From the IMG/VR virus record IMGVR_UViG_3300008954_000002, positions 1 through 64,000 of that record: a stretch of 64,000 nt of DNA. One strand, given 5' to 3'. Shown here piece by piece: positions 27,113 to 38,643 of the stretch (positions are counted from its first letter, which is position 1; every line of letters begins with the position of its first letter). Source of the stretch: a virus. Both the position numbers and the translations under genes were made by a program. Under the pieces are notes generated by a model that saw only the letters and a program-made list of their open reading frames with translations, was not told the DNA's origin and ran no database searches.

Positions 27113-27184
27113 CTCCCTATAGCTTAATAGTAAAGCCCTAGATTTTAACTAGGAAGATGTAGGTATCGAATCCTACTGGGGAGC
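27113..27184 (+). tRNA. Degenerate or atypical tRNA-Lys(TTT)
   Basis: Acceptor CTCCCTA/TGGGGAG; anticodon arm CCTAG-ATTTTAA-CTAGG; 8-nt T-loop TATCGAAT. Confidence 0.55.
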
Positions 27185-28629
27185 TTTTTCTACCCTAAAT
27201 ATTAAATCTACATAAAACCTATGGACTTCATAAAGTGGAAATATGGTCTTATCCTCATCTCTATTGAAGATAAAGATACTGACTACGAATCTGAAATATG
27301 CGAACTAGTAGAGCTATACCAAGACAAAAATGGCAACTATACCTCTTGGTGTAAAGCTAGAATCAACTCTCTAGAAGAGCTTACCAATGCTTACAACGAT
27401 ATCCAGCGTGATGGTATAAACCATTGGTTCTATAAAAATGGATTTACTCATGAGCAATGATTCTTTAGATCCTGATGATATCTTAATAACTCGTGTAGTT
27501 AATGGATGGATAACTAAATCAGTTGATGTAGAAAATCCAGAACACACAAATATCATCATATATGAAGACCAAGATGGAGAGTTAGGAACTCAAAAAGCTC
27601 TCATATCTCTAATATATGATCATTTCAGTCACTACCTTCAATCTAAACATAAAGGTGGAATAATTATAGAACTAAAATCAAAAGGAAGAGATAATGAATA
27701 AAAGCTATGCTAAGTCACTTCTCCATAACGCTCCACTTATTCTTTTATGTATTACTCTATCCTTGTTGCTGTGGAATAAAGCATCTCTAAAAGCAGAACA
27801 TCCATTACTTGCATGTAAGGCAGCATGTGTTCCTCTTATGTATGAGATTATTGATGAAGAATGTTGGTGTAGAGTAAATGAAAACACACTTAAACTTCAA
27901 ACAAATAAGTAAAAAAGAGAAAATAATGAGCAAAACTAATAAAGAATTAGAAAAACAAATTATAGCCCAAACTATTATTTCTCTACTTAAGAGCAAAGAC
28001 AGTCCACTCCTGCGTTATTTAATCCCAGAACATGAAGCAGAAAACTGTGGAATGAAAAAGGAAGAAGTAGCCTGCTCATTTAGTAAATTGGTTGAACTAT
28101 TACGAGAAAAATATGATCTAACTAGTAAACAATTAAGCTATTCACATATCTATCCAAGTGTTCTATTTAATGCAAATCTAACTTGGGATGATAGTGGATT
28201 TCTCGCAGATCTTGACAGCAAGAAACCCGCATTGCCTTGGTATGGGAAATGCGCTCATCATGGTGATGGCTATCCTGATCAGGAGTGCTCTTGTGAAAAC
28301 TGGATTTGTGATGCCTGTGGCGTCACCTACACAAATGACACTGAGCTTAGTTTGATCACAGAAAAAAATCTCTCTGGTATAACTATGTGTCCCAACTGTA
28401 TTTCTCCTGAATAAACTTATGTTTAGACTTACTTCTTACAAGTTCCTAGAAATTAGCTTCTTTAAACTGCACAAATCGCATCATATAAAAACACATATAA
28501 TATTTTGGGATAGTAGTTGTGATTTTAGATGGAAAGGTTCTTATAGCCCTTGTTTCTATATTGCTCTCACAGTTCTAAACCTTCAATTGTTTGAAATATC
28601 TTTATATGATTGTCGAACCCGAGACTAAT

Positions 28630-28998
28630 ATGCAATTTGATATCATAAATGAAACTCCTAATGAAGACGGTACAATAACTCTTACTATAGAAATAGATGA
28701 TGAGTTCCAAGCTTGGTTCTTAAAAGAAACAGGCTTCGAAGAATGGGATGATACAAAATTCCAAGAGATATTATTAGAAGCTCTAGAAGTTGCTGCAGAA
28801 CTTCACAATAGCAATGAATTGCTTTACACAACTGTAAAAGAAAATGATGAAGGTCAATTATATCTAGAACTTCCAGAAACTCTTCTTTCAGATATAGGCT
28901 GGACAATAAACGACATGATAGACTGGATACCTAATCCCGATCAAAGTATTACATTAATTAATCTTTCTAAGAAACAGCGAGACATAATAGATAAATGA
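28630..28998 (+). CDS. Protein with C-terminal AbrB/MazE-like domain
   Basis: GQLYLELPETLLSDIGW...D.I.W. Confidence 0.55.
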   Translation: MQFDIINETPNEDGTITLTIEIDDEFQAWFLKETGFEEWDDTKFQEILLEALEVAAELHNSNELLYTTVKENDEGQLYLELPETLLSDIGWTINDMIDWIPNPDQSITLINLSKKQRDIIDK

Positions 28999-29462
28999 GC
29001 ACATGGTACACAGGTACAGGTAAATCAGTTTCTCATACCACTGTACTTGATGCAATCAAAACTCATATTGAGAAGTCAGGCCAACTATATATTGGTACTG
29101 ATAGTATGATCTCTAAGAAAGAATGCACCCTTGTAACTTCTATTTGCTTACATGGAGCAGAAGGACAAACTGGTGGCAATTACTTCTGGAAAAAAACCAA
29201 ATACAAAAATAAAAAGTATCAGTCCCTACCTACTAGGATATTCCAAGAAGTAGCAGATTCAGTTCAACTTGGATTAAGTCTGTTGGAAATCTATCCAGAT
29301 GCACCCATTGAATTGCATCTAGATGTTTCACAAAATAAAACAGCAAAAACCTCTACACTAGTAGAACAGCTTACAGGCTATGTAAGAGGTGCTGGCTTTG
29401 ACTATAAGATAAAACCAAACTCATGGGCTTCTAGCTCTGTAGCTGATAAACACTCTAAATAA
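28995..29462 (+). CDS. RNase H-like YkuK/DUF458 family protein
   Basis: YIGTDS, RI..E...S, ELHLDV, IKP.SWASS.VAD. Confidence 0.8.
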   Translation: MSTWYTGTGKSVSHTTVLDAIKTHIEKSGQLYIGTDSMISKKECTLVTSICLHGAEGQTGGNYFWKKTKYKNKKYQSLPTRIFQEVADSVQLGLSLLEIYPDAPIELHLDVSQNKTAKTSTLVEQLTGYVRGAGFDYKIKPNSWASSSVADKHSK

Positions 29463-29506
29463 TCTGAACCTGTAAGTATCTCTTACAAGTTCAAAACGAG
29501 AACCTT

Positions 29507-29878
29507 ATGGGAACAAATTATTATGCCCAACAAGACTCTTGTCGTCACTGTGGACGATGTAACAAGTATGATCGCTATCATATAGGCAAATCTAGCGGAG
29601 GATGGAACTTCAGTTTACATGTCAAAGGCCCTCAAGAACATGCAGCAAATCATGAGCTCCCCGAAGGGAAGTTCTCCTGCTTAGAAGACTGGAAACACTT
29701 CCTTTCCGCTATAGCAAAAGCAGAACACGAATCCCTTCAACGAGTAAAGAGACAGCTCTTTGATCAAAAAGAATTAGTAAAAAAACTTCGTAAAAGAAAT
29801 ACTCTTCTAGAAGAACAATATGAAGCTCTACAAGAGGATCTGGTTAATCTTGGTAAAGATTACTTAAACCAAACCTAG
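29507..29878 (+). CDS. Hypothetical phage protein
   Basis: MGTNYY..CxxC..HIGKSS.GW.F plus coiled coil. Confidence 0.6.
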   Translation: MGTNYYAQQDSCRHCGRCNKYDRYHIGKSSGGWNFSLHVKGPQEHAANHELPEGKFSCLEDWKHFLSAIAKAEHESLQRVKRQLFDQKELVKKLRKRNTLLEEQYEALQEDLVNLGKDYLNQT

Positions 29879-30580
29879 GAATCAAATATCAAATGGAACA
29901 ATTTATAACTCTCGATAAACTAGTTAGTCTAGTATTGCCTATCTTGCCTGCTGCTCAATTTGAAGGAGATCTTGAAGAACAAATTGCAATATATACAAAT
30001 CTAACCTTAGGCAATACTGATAAAATATTTGAAATACCTGAAGAACCTTCTGTATGAAAGACTCCTTAGGTAGAACTATCTCTATAGGAGATATCTTCTT
30101 AATTCCTGGAGGAAATCCTCGTTATGGAGGACTTCATCTTGAAATAGGAATTATTGAGGCTATAACAGAAAAAAGAATAAAAACCATTGTTACTAAACTT
30201 GCTGGAGACAAACATGCTTTCAAGAAGAGCTCTAGAACCAGTACAAAAATTCTAGTTATAGATGATCCAATTCTATCTTCACTAGATGTTGTTAACACTC
30301 TAAAACAAATGGTATTTCCTAATGAAAGTTCAGAAACTTATTGAATTGCTCTCTAAAGAGGATCCTTCCTCTATTGTAATCCTTCCAGGATATGAAGGCG
30401 GAGTAGATGAAGTACAAAATATTACTCAAGTGCAAATATATTTAGACTATAATATAGGCACTTGGCATTATGGAGATCATGAGATATGCGATAGATATAA
30501 CTCATCTGAACTAGATACTATGCCACCTGATAAGATAGCAACTGCTATCTTAGTTAAATAACCTTAAAACAAATAGCATT

Positions 30581-31189
30581 ATGAATAAAGAACTAGACCT
30601 AAAACTTGTAAAAGCTTTTCCACTACTTTATCAAGATAGAAACAGTAGTATGATGTCAACAGCTATGTGCTGGGGCTTTCCAGGAGATGGCTGGTTTGAC
30701 ATCATATGGAACCTATCTTCTAAACTTGAGCCACTAATACAAGAATTCTTAGACAACAGTCCTAATCTAGAGTGTAGTAATTGTGGCTGTAAAAGAGATC
30801 GACATTATGCCTGTAAAACAAAAACACCTGGCAAATGTTCCACTATATATATAGACCCAGAATCCGAAGAAGAGCCACCCGATAATTATAGGACTTGTTT
30901 CTGTGATGTCTATATAAGCTCTCATCCACGAGCAGCACAAGTTAAGGAAAAGTTTGGCGGTCTTCGCTACTATATGACATGTGGTAGCGATCAAATATAT
31001 GATCTAATATCTGAAGCCGAAGCTCTCTCTTATAAAACATGTGAAGAATGTGGAAACCCAGGAGAAGAAAGAGATACTGGGTGGATTAAAACATTATGTA
31101 CAGAATGTTTTACAAACTGGGATCAAATAAGAAAAGACCACACAGAAAAGTGGACAAAGGATTGCAGGAATGAGAGTAACAAGTCTTAA
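30581..31189 (+). CDS. Conserved phage hypothetical protein (QVKEKFGGLRYY family)
   Basis: GDGW..I, QVKEKFGGLRYY, CE.CG.PG..GWI.TLC. Confidence 0.7.
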   Translation: MNKELDLKLVKAFPLLYQDRNSSMMSTAMCWGFPGDGWFDIIWNLSSKLEPLIQEFLDNSPNLECSNCGCKRDRHYACKTKTPGKCSTIYIDPESEEEPPDNYRTCFCDVYISSHPRAAQVKEKFGGLRYYMTCGSDQIYDLISEAEALSYKTCEECGNPGEERDTGWIKTLCTECFTNWDQIRKDHTEKWTKDCRNESNKS

Positions 31190-31845
31190 AACTATATATT
31201 TAACAGAAGAAGAACTTAAACAAGTAATATCTAATCACCTGCGAGAAAAGGGCGATCATATTCTAGCTGAACACCTTCATACTAATATATGCACAATGGA
31301 ATGGCTTAAAAATGGAAACTTTGCGATTAGTATAGATGGAGAAGTTAATGAAAAATGTCTCTACACTGCAGTATCATCACGTATTGATAAGCTAAATAAT
31401 GATACTAAAGAAATGAAATCAAGTAATATACCTATGAGAATTATAGATAAGTTTCTTGAAGATGTTTGGAATATAACAAAGAAACAATGAGCTCCACTTT
31501 AAATATATAAACTAATACACCCAACTATAGAATTAGAGAAAAACTTACTAGATGAGCCGAAAGTCTATATACTTCAGTTCTTGTCTGATATAGACGAGTA
31601 AGCTATATTGCTAAGTCTATATAATCTATACTATAGTTATGACTAAAAGAATTGCTGGCAGAAGACCTGTTAAATTTAAACAGCGACTTCCTAAAAAAGG
31701 AAAACATGCTGATACTAAATATTTGAATGAAGAGCTTATTGCTACTAAAGATACAAAAGAAGCACAAATATACAATTCAGGTAATATCGAGAGAAAAGAT
31801 ATTATCCTTGCACAAACCTATCCTAAGACTAAGAAGGCAATTATT

Positions 31846-32913
31846 ATGAGTACAGACATTCTAGATACTACCCCTGAAATAGGGGACGACTTTGATTTTC
31901 TTGGTCATTATGATGAAGAATCCATCACACATGATGAAAAACTTCTTCCAGACAATACTGCAAGATCTGCTATTAATTGTGGATTTGTAGGTATTGGTGG
32001 GGGCGGCGGCAAGCTTGCCAGAGCTTTCTTAGACTTAGGCTTCAACAAGACACTACTGATTAATACTACTACCAAAGATCAACCTGACGGTACTCCTAAC
32101 GAGCATTTTGTACTACTCGAAGGTGCTGATGGTGTAGGCAAAGATGTAACTCTAGGCAAACAAGTACTTTCTGATAATAGTGCAGTAGTAGAAGATGCAC
32201 TTAGAACCCGTATGGGCAAAGTTGATTGGCTTTTTGTAATAGCTGGAGGCGGTGGTGGGACAGGAAGTGCAACCTCAGCCTTAAACAGTTCTTTTCAGCG
32301 TTATCTTACCTCTTTAGAAGCAGAAGGAAAAGTAGTCTACATAGTGACTAAGCCTACTGCTCAAGAGCTCCTAAACCCAACAATCAAGAATAACTATACT
32401 AGCTTGCTGAATGATATCAATAGCAATCCACATATTGTTATTGATAATGAAAGACAACTTGAACTATTACGAGGAAAGGTGGGCATATTGGGTATGTACC
32501 CAACTGCTAACAAATCTCTTGCTAAGCTTTTATACCAAGTACTTAAGCTAGCTTCAGAAAACTCTCCTGTACAAACATTTGATAGAAAAGATCTAGAAAA
32601 GCTTTTTTCTACCAATGGAAGAATATTTCTAGGTACCACTATTATACGCAACCCAGAAGATAAGAACCTAGGATCTACAATCTTCCAGAATTGCCTTAAG
32701 GGGTCTCCTTGTCCTCTACCTAGAGGTAAACCCCAGACAGGAGTTCTACTCCTAGTTATAGACTCTGCTATGGCTTCTAGTCCAGAAGTATCTAAGCATA
32801 TTGAGGCTGCAACATCTTATGTAGGCGGAAGAACAGAAACACTTTTCTCTGGCGTATATATACGGGAAGGATTGCCTGGTATGGTAGTCATAAGTGCTTT
32901 TGGCGGCTTATAA
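31846..32913 (+). CDS. Tubulin/FtsZ-family GTPase
   Basis: GIGGGGGK, INTT..D, GADGVGKD, signature AGGGGGTGS, IDNE; likely start ATG 31846 (ORF extends to 31639). Confidence 0.88.
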   Translation: MSTDILDTTPEIGDDFDFLGHYDEESITHDEKLLPDNTARSAINCGFVGIGGGGGKLARAFLDLGFNKTLLINTTTKDQPDGTPNEHFVLLEGADGVGKDVTLGKQVLSDNSAVVEDALRTRMGKVDWLFVIAGGGGGTGSATSALNSSFQRYLTSLEAEGKVVYIVTKPTAQELLNPTIKNNYTSLLNDINSNPHIVIDNERQLELLRGKVGILGMYPTANKSLAKLLYQVLKLASENSPVQTFDRKDLEKLFSTNGRIFLGTTIIRNPEDKNLGSTIFQNCLKGSPCPLPRGKPQTGVLLLVIDSAMASSPEVSKHIEAATSYVGGRTETLFSGVYIREGLPGMVVISAFGGL

Positions 32914-32914
32914 G

Positions 32915-33607
32915 CTACCTACCTAGTACTTCATCTACCCAGCCAAGAACAGTGGCTCCATTCCAACCATTCATACCATTATATAAAATCATTTCATCTG
33001 TAATAACAACAAGTGTTGGCCAAGCTGAAATTGGGTAACCGTCAATACCGGTAAGATCAACTAGATCTCTTGAACCTAAAAGCACTGCTGTGCTAGTTAA
33101 ATTATACGCATTAGCCCAAGCAACTAGATCCTCTTGTACTACTGGGTTGCGTGCTTCATCTTCTATAAGTACAGTTACCCATATCACATCATAGCCATAT
33201 GCCTGATACTTATCCTGTACCATCTGTGCTTCTGGTGCAATCATCTTGCATACTGAACACCACATAGTAGAAAAATCTATAATAATTACACTGCCATAAT
33301 GATCATATAAGTTCCAGTCATCACCATTTTGATCTACAAGTGTAAAATCACAAGGATGTGAACCAAGCCACTGATCGCAATCAGTCCATGTAATTGGGCT
33401 AGGAGCATCAGTATCACTTATAGCAGGCTCAGTAACATCTATGTCACCAATTGATGGATCTACTGAAACTATTGACGTATCACTATTACTAGTATTTTCA
33501 GCAACCTCTACAGTTTGACTACCTTGGCAAGCAATAAATATGTAACATATTGCTACTAAGAAACTTGTAATAAAAATAATAGTACTTCTATTTTTAAAAA
33601 ATGACAT
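32915..33607 (-). CDS. Thioredoxin-fold (TlpA/redoxin) lipoprotein
   Basis: Signal/lipobox; DFTLVDQNG; WCSVC; WPT. Confidence 0.8.
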   Translation of the reverse strand: MSFFKNRSTIIFITSFLVAICYIFIACQGSQTVEVAENTSNSDTSIVSVDPSIGDIDVTEPAISDTDAPSPITWTDCDQWLGSHPCDFTLVDQNGDDWNLYDHYGSVIIIDFSTMWCSVCKMIAPEAQMVQDKYQAYGYDVIWVTVLIEDEARNPVVQEDLVAWANAYNLTSTAVLLGSRDLVDLTGIDGYPISAWPTLVVITDEMILYNGMNGWNGATVLGWVDEVLGR

Positions 33608-34310
33608 ATTAGCTCCTGATATAGCTTACTTAGCAGAATAACATATATAGTTCACTTTATTCTGCTATCTTATGATGATAAGATCAAAATATGTCTCAGG
33701 CTCCTTGGTTTATAGTGTTCCTGCTTATGCTTTCTTGTTTTCTTGTAGGACATGTCACTGGCTTTATTAGTTATGGTCTATCACTTATAGAAAAGAAAAA
33801 AGAAAGCAATACCCTGCCAGACAATATAATTCCATTCCCTAATGATATAAGACAACCTATTGTTATAGAGATTAATACTAATGCAGATAGACATAGAACA
33901 ACATATTCAAAATCTGTTGACAGACATTATCAATCCAGGACTAGAAGATTATCAGACAACGATCACTCTGATTAAAGTAGAGCCACCTGAGCCTATTGTA
34001 ATTGTAGCAATTGAAATAGAATCATTGGATGAAATAGATAAAAATACAATACTTAATATGGTTGAAGTATATCTTAGAGATGAAACAAATATAGATACAC
34101 TTATTGTGCTAGATGACTAAAATATTATGTCGGACGATCAACAGCTTCTAACCACAGCCCTTATTACCATTATTAATCTTGAACTTAAGATGGCCTATAT
34201 GGTTCTTGAACAACCATCTCAATTCCCAAACCCTCAAAAAATGCTATATCATAATATACAAAATACAATGATAGCTGTAAAAAAACTACAAAACGTATTA
34301 GAGCAAGACT

Positions 34311-34709
34311 CTACCTCTTTCTAAGCCTTGTGGTATGAAGACGAGCTATCTGTATACTCTTCTTCCAAAAGACAATTCTTAAAGTTGCTACTACTTCGTT
34401 TCGTGGCATCTCGCTAGAATGTACACCGCCCTTACCCATGTGGCATGCTTTACATAGAGTGATGCCATTATCTAAATCATATGCAAATTGTGGTCTATAA
34501 TTCTTTGATATAACATGATGTGCATGTAGTACTTTGCTTTTACAATTACATGCAACGCATCTATAGTCATCTATTTCTCTAATAGCTAAAGACCACTTTC
34601 GAAGTTTATCTTTATTAAGTACAATATTAGTCGAAGCCTTACGGCTTCGCCTTCTGCGGGGCTTACCTCTTGAGAGATTTTTCCTTCTTTTATATAATCT
34701 TCTACGCAT
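34311..34709 (-). CDS. HNH endonuclease
   Basis: CVAC..LHAHH..DNGITLCKACH. Confidence 0.8.
   Translation of the reverse strand: MRRRLYKRRKNLSRGKPRRRRSRKASTNIVLNKDKLRKWSLAIREIDDYRCVACNCKSKVLHAHHVISKNYRPQFAYDLDNGITLCKACHMGKGGVHSSEMPRNEVVATLRIVFWKKSIQIARLHTTRLRKR
34632..34659 (+). promoter_or_regulatory. Class II hairpin element (CGAAGCC-TTAC-GGCTTCG ... CGG), antisense within the HNH gene
   Basis: Perfect 7-bp stem; sits where + strand genes resume. Confidence 0.5.
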
Positions 34710-34826
34710 TGTTCTTAATAAACCAAAATAAAAGATTTATATACTTGCACTGATTTGAAAACCTGTTATAACTCTGTTTCTGTTTTTATCTTAATATACT
34801 AAAACAGATACACAAAGGATAATAAC

Positions 34827-34955
34827 ATGTTAAAAACCAGCCTCATACTAATGTTTGTATGCATATTTTTATGTGGATGCACTTCTAAAGAGAAAGATTC
34901 TGCAATCGACACAGCAGATATTGATACTGCTGAAGCTATAGATACCGCAGAATAA
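34827..34955 (+). CDS. 42-aa lipoprotein with DTA repeats
   Basis: AAGGA RBS; lipobox LCGC; tail DSAIDTADIDTAEAIDTAE. Confidence 0.6.
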   Translation: MLKTSLILMFVCIFLCGCTSKEKDSAIDTADIDTAEAIDTAE

Positions 34956-35610
34956 TACTCTTACTTATCTTACTATAAACAATAAGTACTTTTAATGACC
35001 ATACATGATTTAGATCTTCTTGAAAATATAAAAATATATCTTATGCAATGTCAGCAATACCTTCTTGCAGAAGTTGGTCTTGAGCCAACTAATACATTGA
35101 TAGCAGATATAGACATATTGATAGAGAAGATCGACTATAAACTTAATGTTAGCTCAGATGAGCAGCCTTCTGATCAACAAGAGATTGACCCATTTGATAT
35201 GTCTCTTACAGGATTTTAACTCTAATGATAGATATACTGATCGCCATTCCAATTTATTTCCTACTGGGACTATCTGTAATAGCGATGACATATGAAGTAA
35301 TTGAGCGAACCTAATAATGCATAAAGCACTAATACCTCTAATATTACTAGGAACTGTTGATAAAGTAGAAGATAATATAATTAGTGTAGAAATACCTAAT
35401 GTCCAACTAATTAATATTCCTTATACACTAGATAATAATGAGCTTCTTACAGACTCAACAATCTACTTCTTTCCTAACCAATTGATCCCATGTATAGTGG
35501 AAGAAGGAGCAACTCTATATTTTAGAGTTGAACCCAATTCACTTCAAATCAAGTGTGAACTTGATCCTATATATATGAATCCTATGAAAAGATATATTTA
35601 CTTATAAGAT

Positions 35611-35934
35611 ATGCTCTATACCTATGAAGCCATTGTTACTGGTGTCTATGACGGAGATAGCATTACACTAAAATGCGATCTTGGTTATAAAATAACCTAT
35701 GAAATAAAAGTACGCTTATACGGTATAGATACTCCTGAGCTTAGAGGAAGTTCAAGAGAAAAAGGATTAGAAGCACGGGACTTCTTAAGAGAACTTATTC
35801 TTGATAAGAAAATCATATTTCACTCTATTAAAGATAGAAAAGGTAAATATGGCAGGTACTTAGGAATTATTTACCTAGATGACATAAATATAAATGATCT
35901 CCTATTAGACAAAGGGTTCGCAGAGCCCTATTAA
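35611..35934 (+). CDS. Staphylococcal nuclease (thermonuclease) family protein
   Basis: VYDGDSI, RLYGIDTPE, KYGRYLG. Confidence 0.9.
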   Translation: MLYTYEAIVTGVYDGDSITLKCDLGYKITYEIKVRLYGIDTPELRGSSREKGLEARDFLRELILDKKIIFHSIKDRKGKYGRYLGIIYLDDININDLLLDKGFAEPY

Positions 35935-36453
35935 TCTCGCGTTAGAACTCTTAAAATATAGAAATATATAGTTTGAGTTTTACGTATTTAGAAATTTGTA
36001 TTACTTCTTATACAACAAGAAGATTAAAGTCTTCTTGTTACTACTTACATCTTGTTGTTGCTATCCCGCTCATAGACATCTAACTTATTTATTCAGAACG
36101 CTAGCTATGAATATGAGTTTACATGTCTTGCTCTTAGGATACTAGCTGGTATAATAAGTAGTCAGCTCAACAACTTCTATGAAGTTCATAGTACAAAAAG
36201 CTAAATACTATTTATTTAACTTAAAACTATATACTTATGAGATTAAAATAGGAATTTATTATATCCTATTTAATATTCTGATTGTATTTTTATATATAGC
36301 TTTACTTAACAAACAAATAGAACTTGCTAATGTCATCTTGATAATTATCTTAGTTATGACATCTGCTATTTACACTATTTTAGGTAAAGGATAATTATTT
36401 ATTTAGAGTCTTGCACAATATAGAGTTAATTAACCTATTAAAGTGAGCTAATT

Positions 36454-36951
36454 ATGAGAACAAAATCTCAGAACTACGACTCTGTTTTACACAAATCTAT
36501 ACAAGCAACACCAGAGGAATGGCTAGCACCGTTTGACTTGGTGTTGAGCCAAATGTTTAATACAGCTTTTCCACAAGCTTCCAAGGAACTAGGTGAAAAC
36601 TTCTTTATTAAAGGATCATATCCTAAAGTAAATGTTCTTAATGAAGAAGAACAAGTTACTATAGAAGCTGCCATTCCTGGCTTGGCAAGAGATAATGTAT
36701 CAATTGTTATTGCTGATAATATCTTAACCATTATTGGCGATAAAAATCAAATAGCAGAAATAACTGAAAGTCAGTTTATAAGGCGCGAATTAAAGCGTTC
36801 AGCTTTTAAACGCTCCTTTAGCTTGTCTAATAATCTCGATGTAGATAGTATATCTGCTACCCAAAAAAATGGGATACTAACTATACGAATAAGGAAAAAG
36901 GTAGTAATCCCCCATCCTTCTATAGATCGAAAGACTATAGAAATAACTTAG
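36454..36951 (+). CDS. Hsp20/alpha-crystallin small heat-shock protein
   Basis: YPKVNV, AIPG, F.RSF.L, A...NGILTI, IEI tail. Confidence 0.9.
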   Translation: MRTKSQNYDSVLHKSIQATPEEWLAPFDLVLSQMFNTAFPQASKELGENFFIKGSYPKVNVLNEEEQVTIEAAIPGLARDNVSIVIADNILTIIGDKNQIAEITESQFIRRELKRSAFKRSFSLSNNLDVDSISATQKNGILTIRIRKKVVIPHPSIDRKTIEIT

Positions 36952-37000
36952 CAATATCTTAAAACACAAAGTTTATACAACTTGTAATATAGGAAATATA

Positions 37001-37426
37001 ATGATAGCTAAGCAAATAAATATAAGCCCTACAATTCTCAAACAAGGAAAAGAAGTTCCTACAACTGATACAACTCTACAAGGTTATATAGCCTGTAGTT
37101 ATACTCATATTGTAGATGTCTTGGGTCCTCCTGAAGCAGGTAGTAGCGATAATAAAACAACAGCAAATTGGTCTATCAAATTTGACGATGGAATAATCGC
37201 CACTATATATGATTGGAAAGTTGGAACAGCTTACTTAGGTAAAACAGGCATAACCCCAGAACAAGTGCTAGAATGGTGCGTAGGAGGCTATACAAGCCAA
37301 GCGCTACACAATACTCAAGCTCTACTAGCACTTGATAATGAGTCAGTTCTTAAAGCTAATCTTAAGGCAGATCTTGAACAAAGAAAAATCTTCTGGAAGA
37401 AGATAAAAGAGCTATCTAATAGATAA
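37001..37426 (+). CDS. Conserved phage hypothetical protein
   Basis: LQG...Y......G.P...K....W..ATIYDWK. Confidence 0.6.
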   Translation: MIAKQINISPTILKQGKEVPTTDTTLQGYIACSYTHIVDVLGPPEAGSSDNKTTANWSIKFDDGIIATIYDWKVGTAYLGKTGITPEQVLEWCVGGYTSQALHNTQALLALDNESVLKANLKADLEQRKIFWKKIKELSNR

Positions 37427-37446
37427 TAAATATAAACTATAGGTAC

Positions 37447-37522
37447 GCGCCCGTAGCTCAGTATGGATAAGAGCACGAGGTTTCTACCCTCGCGGCCGTG
37501 GGTTCAAATCCTACCGGGCGTA
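37447..37522 (+). tRNA. tRNA-Arg(TCT)
   Basis: Acceptor GCGCCCG/CGGGCGT; anticodon arm CGAGG-TTTCTAC-CCTCG. Confidence 0.9.
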
Positions 37523-38128
37523 CCCTATTACACCTTGGATACCCTTAAAAAGATGATGTGGACCTTAGTCTCATACCAAAATGATAAACTCTTAGTGACT
37601 GAAAGCAACGGACCTCATGGCGAAGCAACTGCTTCTAATCACTTTGCTAAAACTTACTCTAATATACTTCTACTAATACCTGGCCGTCATTCAAAAGAAA
37701 TCTATTTTCTAAATAAAAAGGATTTAACATGCAAAAAACTGGTCGATTTATACAAGCTATAATTATGCGTTCTAACGCTAGAAAACAAGAAGCATTAGGC
37801 AATATAGAACTTATTCTAGATGAACCCAACCTAGAATTAAATCTAGCCAATAGACTAGAAAAAGAGATAGAAGAAGTAGCTCAGGCAGACTTAGTATTAT
37901 CTACTATCTCAAGCCTCTTCCCTACTCCTTCTCCAGCAAGTGAGCTACCTCCAGCTCCTCTACATGCAATAGTAGAAGAAGATGAATGATAGTCAAAAAG
38001 ATAAAACTCCACTTCTATTAAAGATAATTATCTTTACTACAATTACAATAATATGCATACTAGGAACAGCTATCCCTGCTAGAAAATGTACTTATTCTAA
38101 TAGTCAATTCTAAATAAATAATACCTTC

Positions 38129-38156
38129 AGCAGGCTTACGCCTGCTCTTCCTGCGG
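38129..38156 (+). promoter_or_regulatory. Class II hairpin element (AGCAGGC-TTAC-GCCTGCT ... CGG)
   Basis: TAAATAAATAATA upstream; precedes ssb. Confidence 0.6.
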
Positions 38157-38208
38157 CAGTTCATTAGAACTCTATTAATCTAAAATTAAGTGCTATAAGG
38201 AATAGCTG

Positions 38209-38643
38209 ATGAATAAATTTACTGGTATTGGTAACTTGGGTTCAAACCCTCAACTGCGGAAGACAGACTCGGGTATATCTGTAACAAACTTTAGTATTGC
38301 TATTGATAGAACCTACTATCAAGGCGAGGGTTCGAATAGGCAAACAGTTAAAGGAACTGATTGGATTCCAGTTGTTGCATGGGTAGGGCTTGCAGAAATT
38401 TGCTGTAAGCACCTACAGAAAGGCTCAAAGATTTGTGTAGAGGGAGTTATTAGACCTCGCTCATATCAAAATAGTCGAGGCACTACTCATAATACATTTG
38501 AAGTAATTGCTTCTGCAGTACACTTTTTGGACAAGATCCGTTCTAACAGTGAAGTTATGAACCAAGAAGAATCAGATACTAATACATCTGAAAAACTTGC
38601 AAGATTTATTGCAAACCACAGAGAAACATCTAGTCCTCTTTAG
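38209..38643 (+). CDS. ssb: Single-stranded DNA-binding protein
   Basis: MNK...IGNLG.NP.LR, TDWIPVVAW, L.KGS.I.VEG. Confidence 0.9.
   Translation: MNKFTGIGNLGSNPQLRKTDSGISVTNFSIAIDRTYYQGEGSNRQTVKGTDWIPVVAWVGLAEICCKHLQKGSKICVEGVIRPRSYQNSRGTTHNTFEVIASAVHFLDKIRSNSEVMNQEESDTNTSEKLARFIANHRETSSPL

Noticed and set aside
27113-27184. Ochre suppressor reading (TTA) of the atypical tRNA, or genome recoding
   Set aside because: The symmetric 7-nt loop gives TTT; conserved genes are full length under the standard code and end in TAA, TAG or TGA
31639-31845. N-terminal 69 codons of the tubulin ORF
   Set aside because: Basic low-complexity extension; the internal ATG 31846 with AAGG upstream is a more plausible start (not certain)
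37463-37551. N-terminal part of the 99-aa ORF 37463..37762
   Set aside because: Overlaps tRNA-Arg; the true start, if any, is downstream (~37552)
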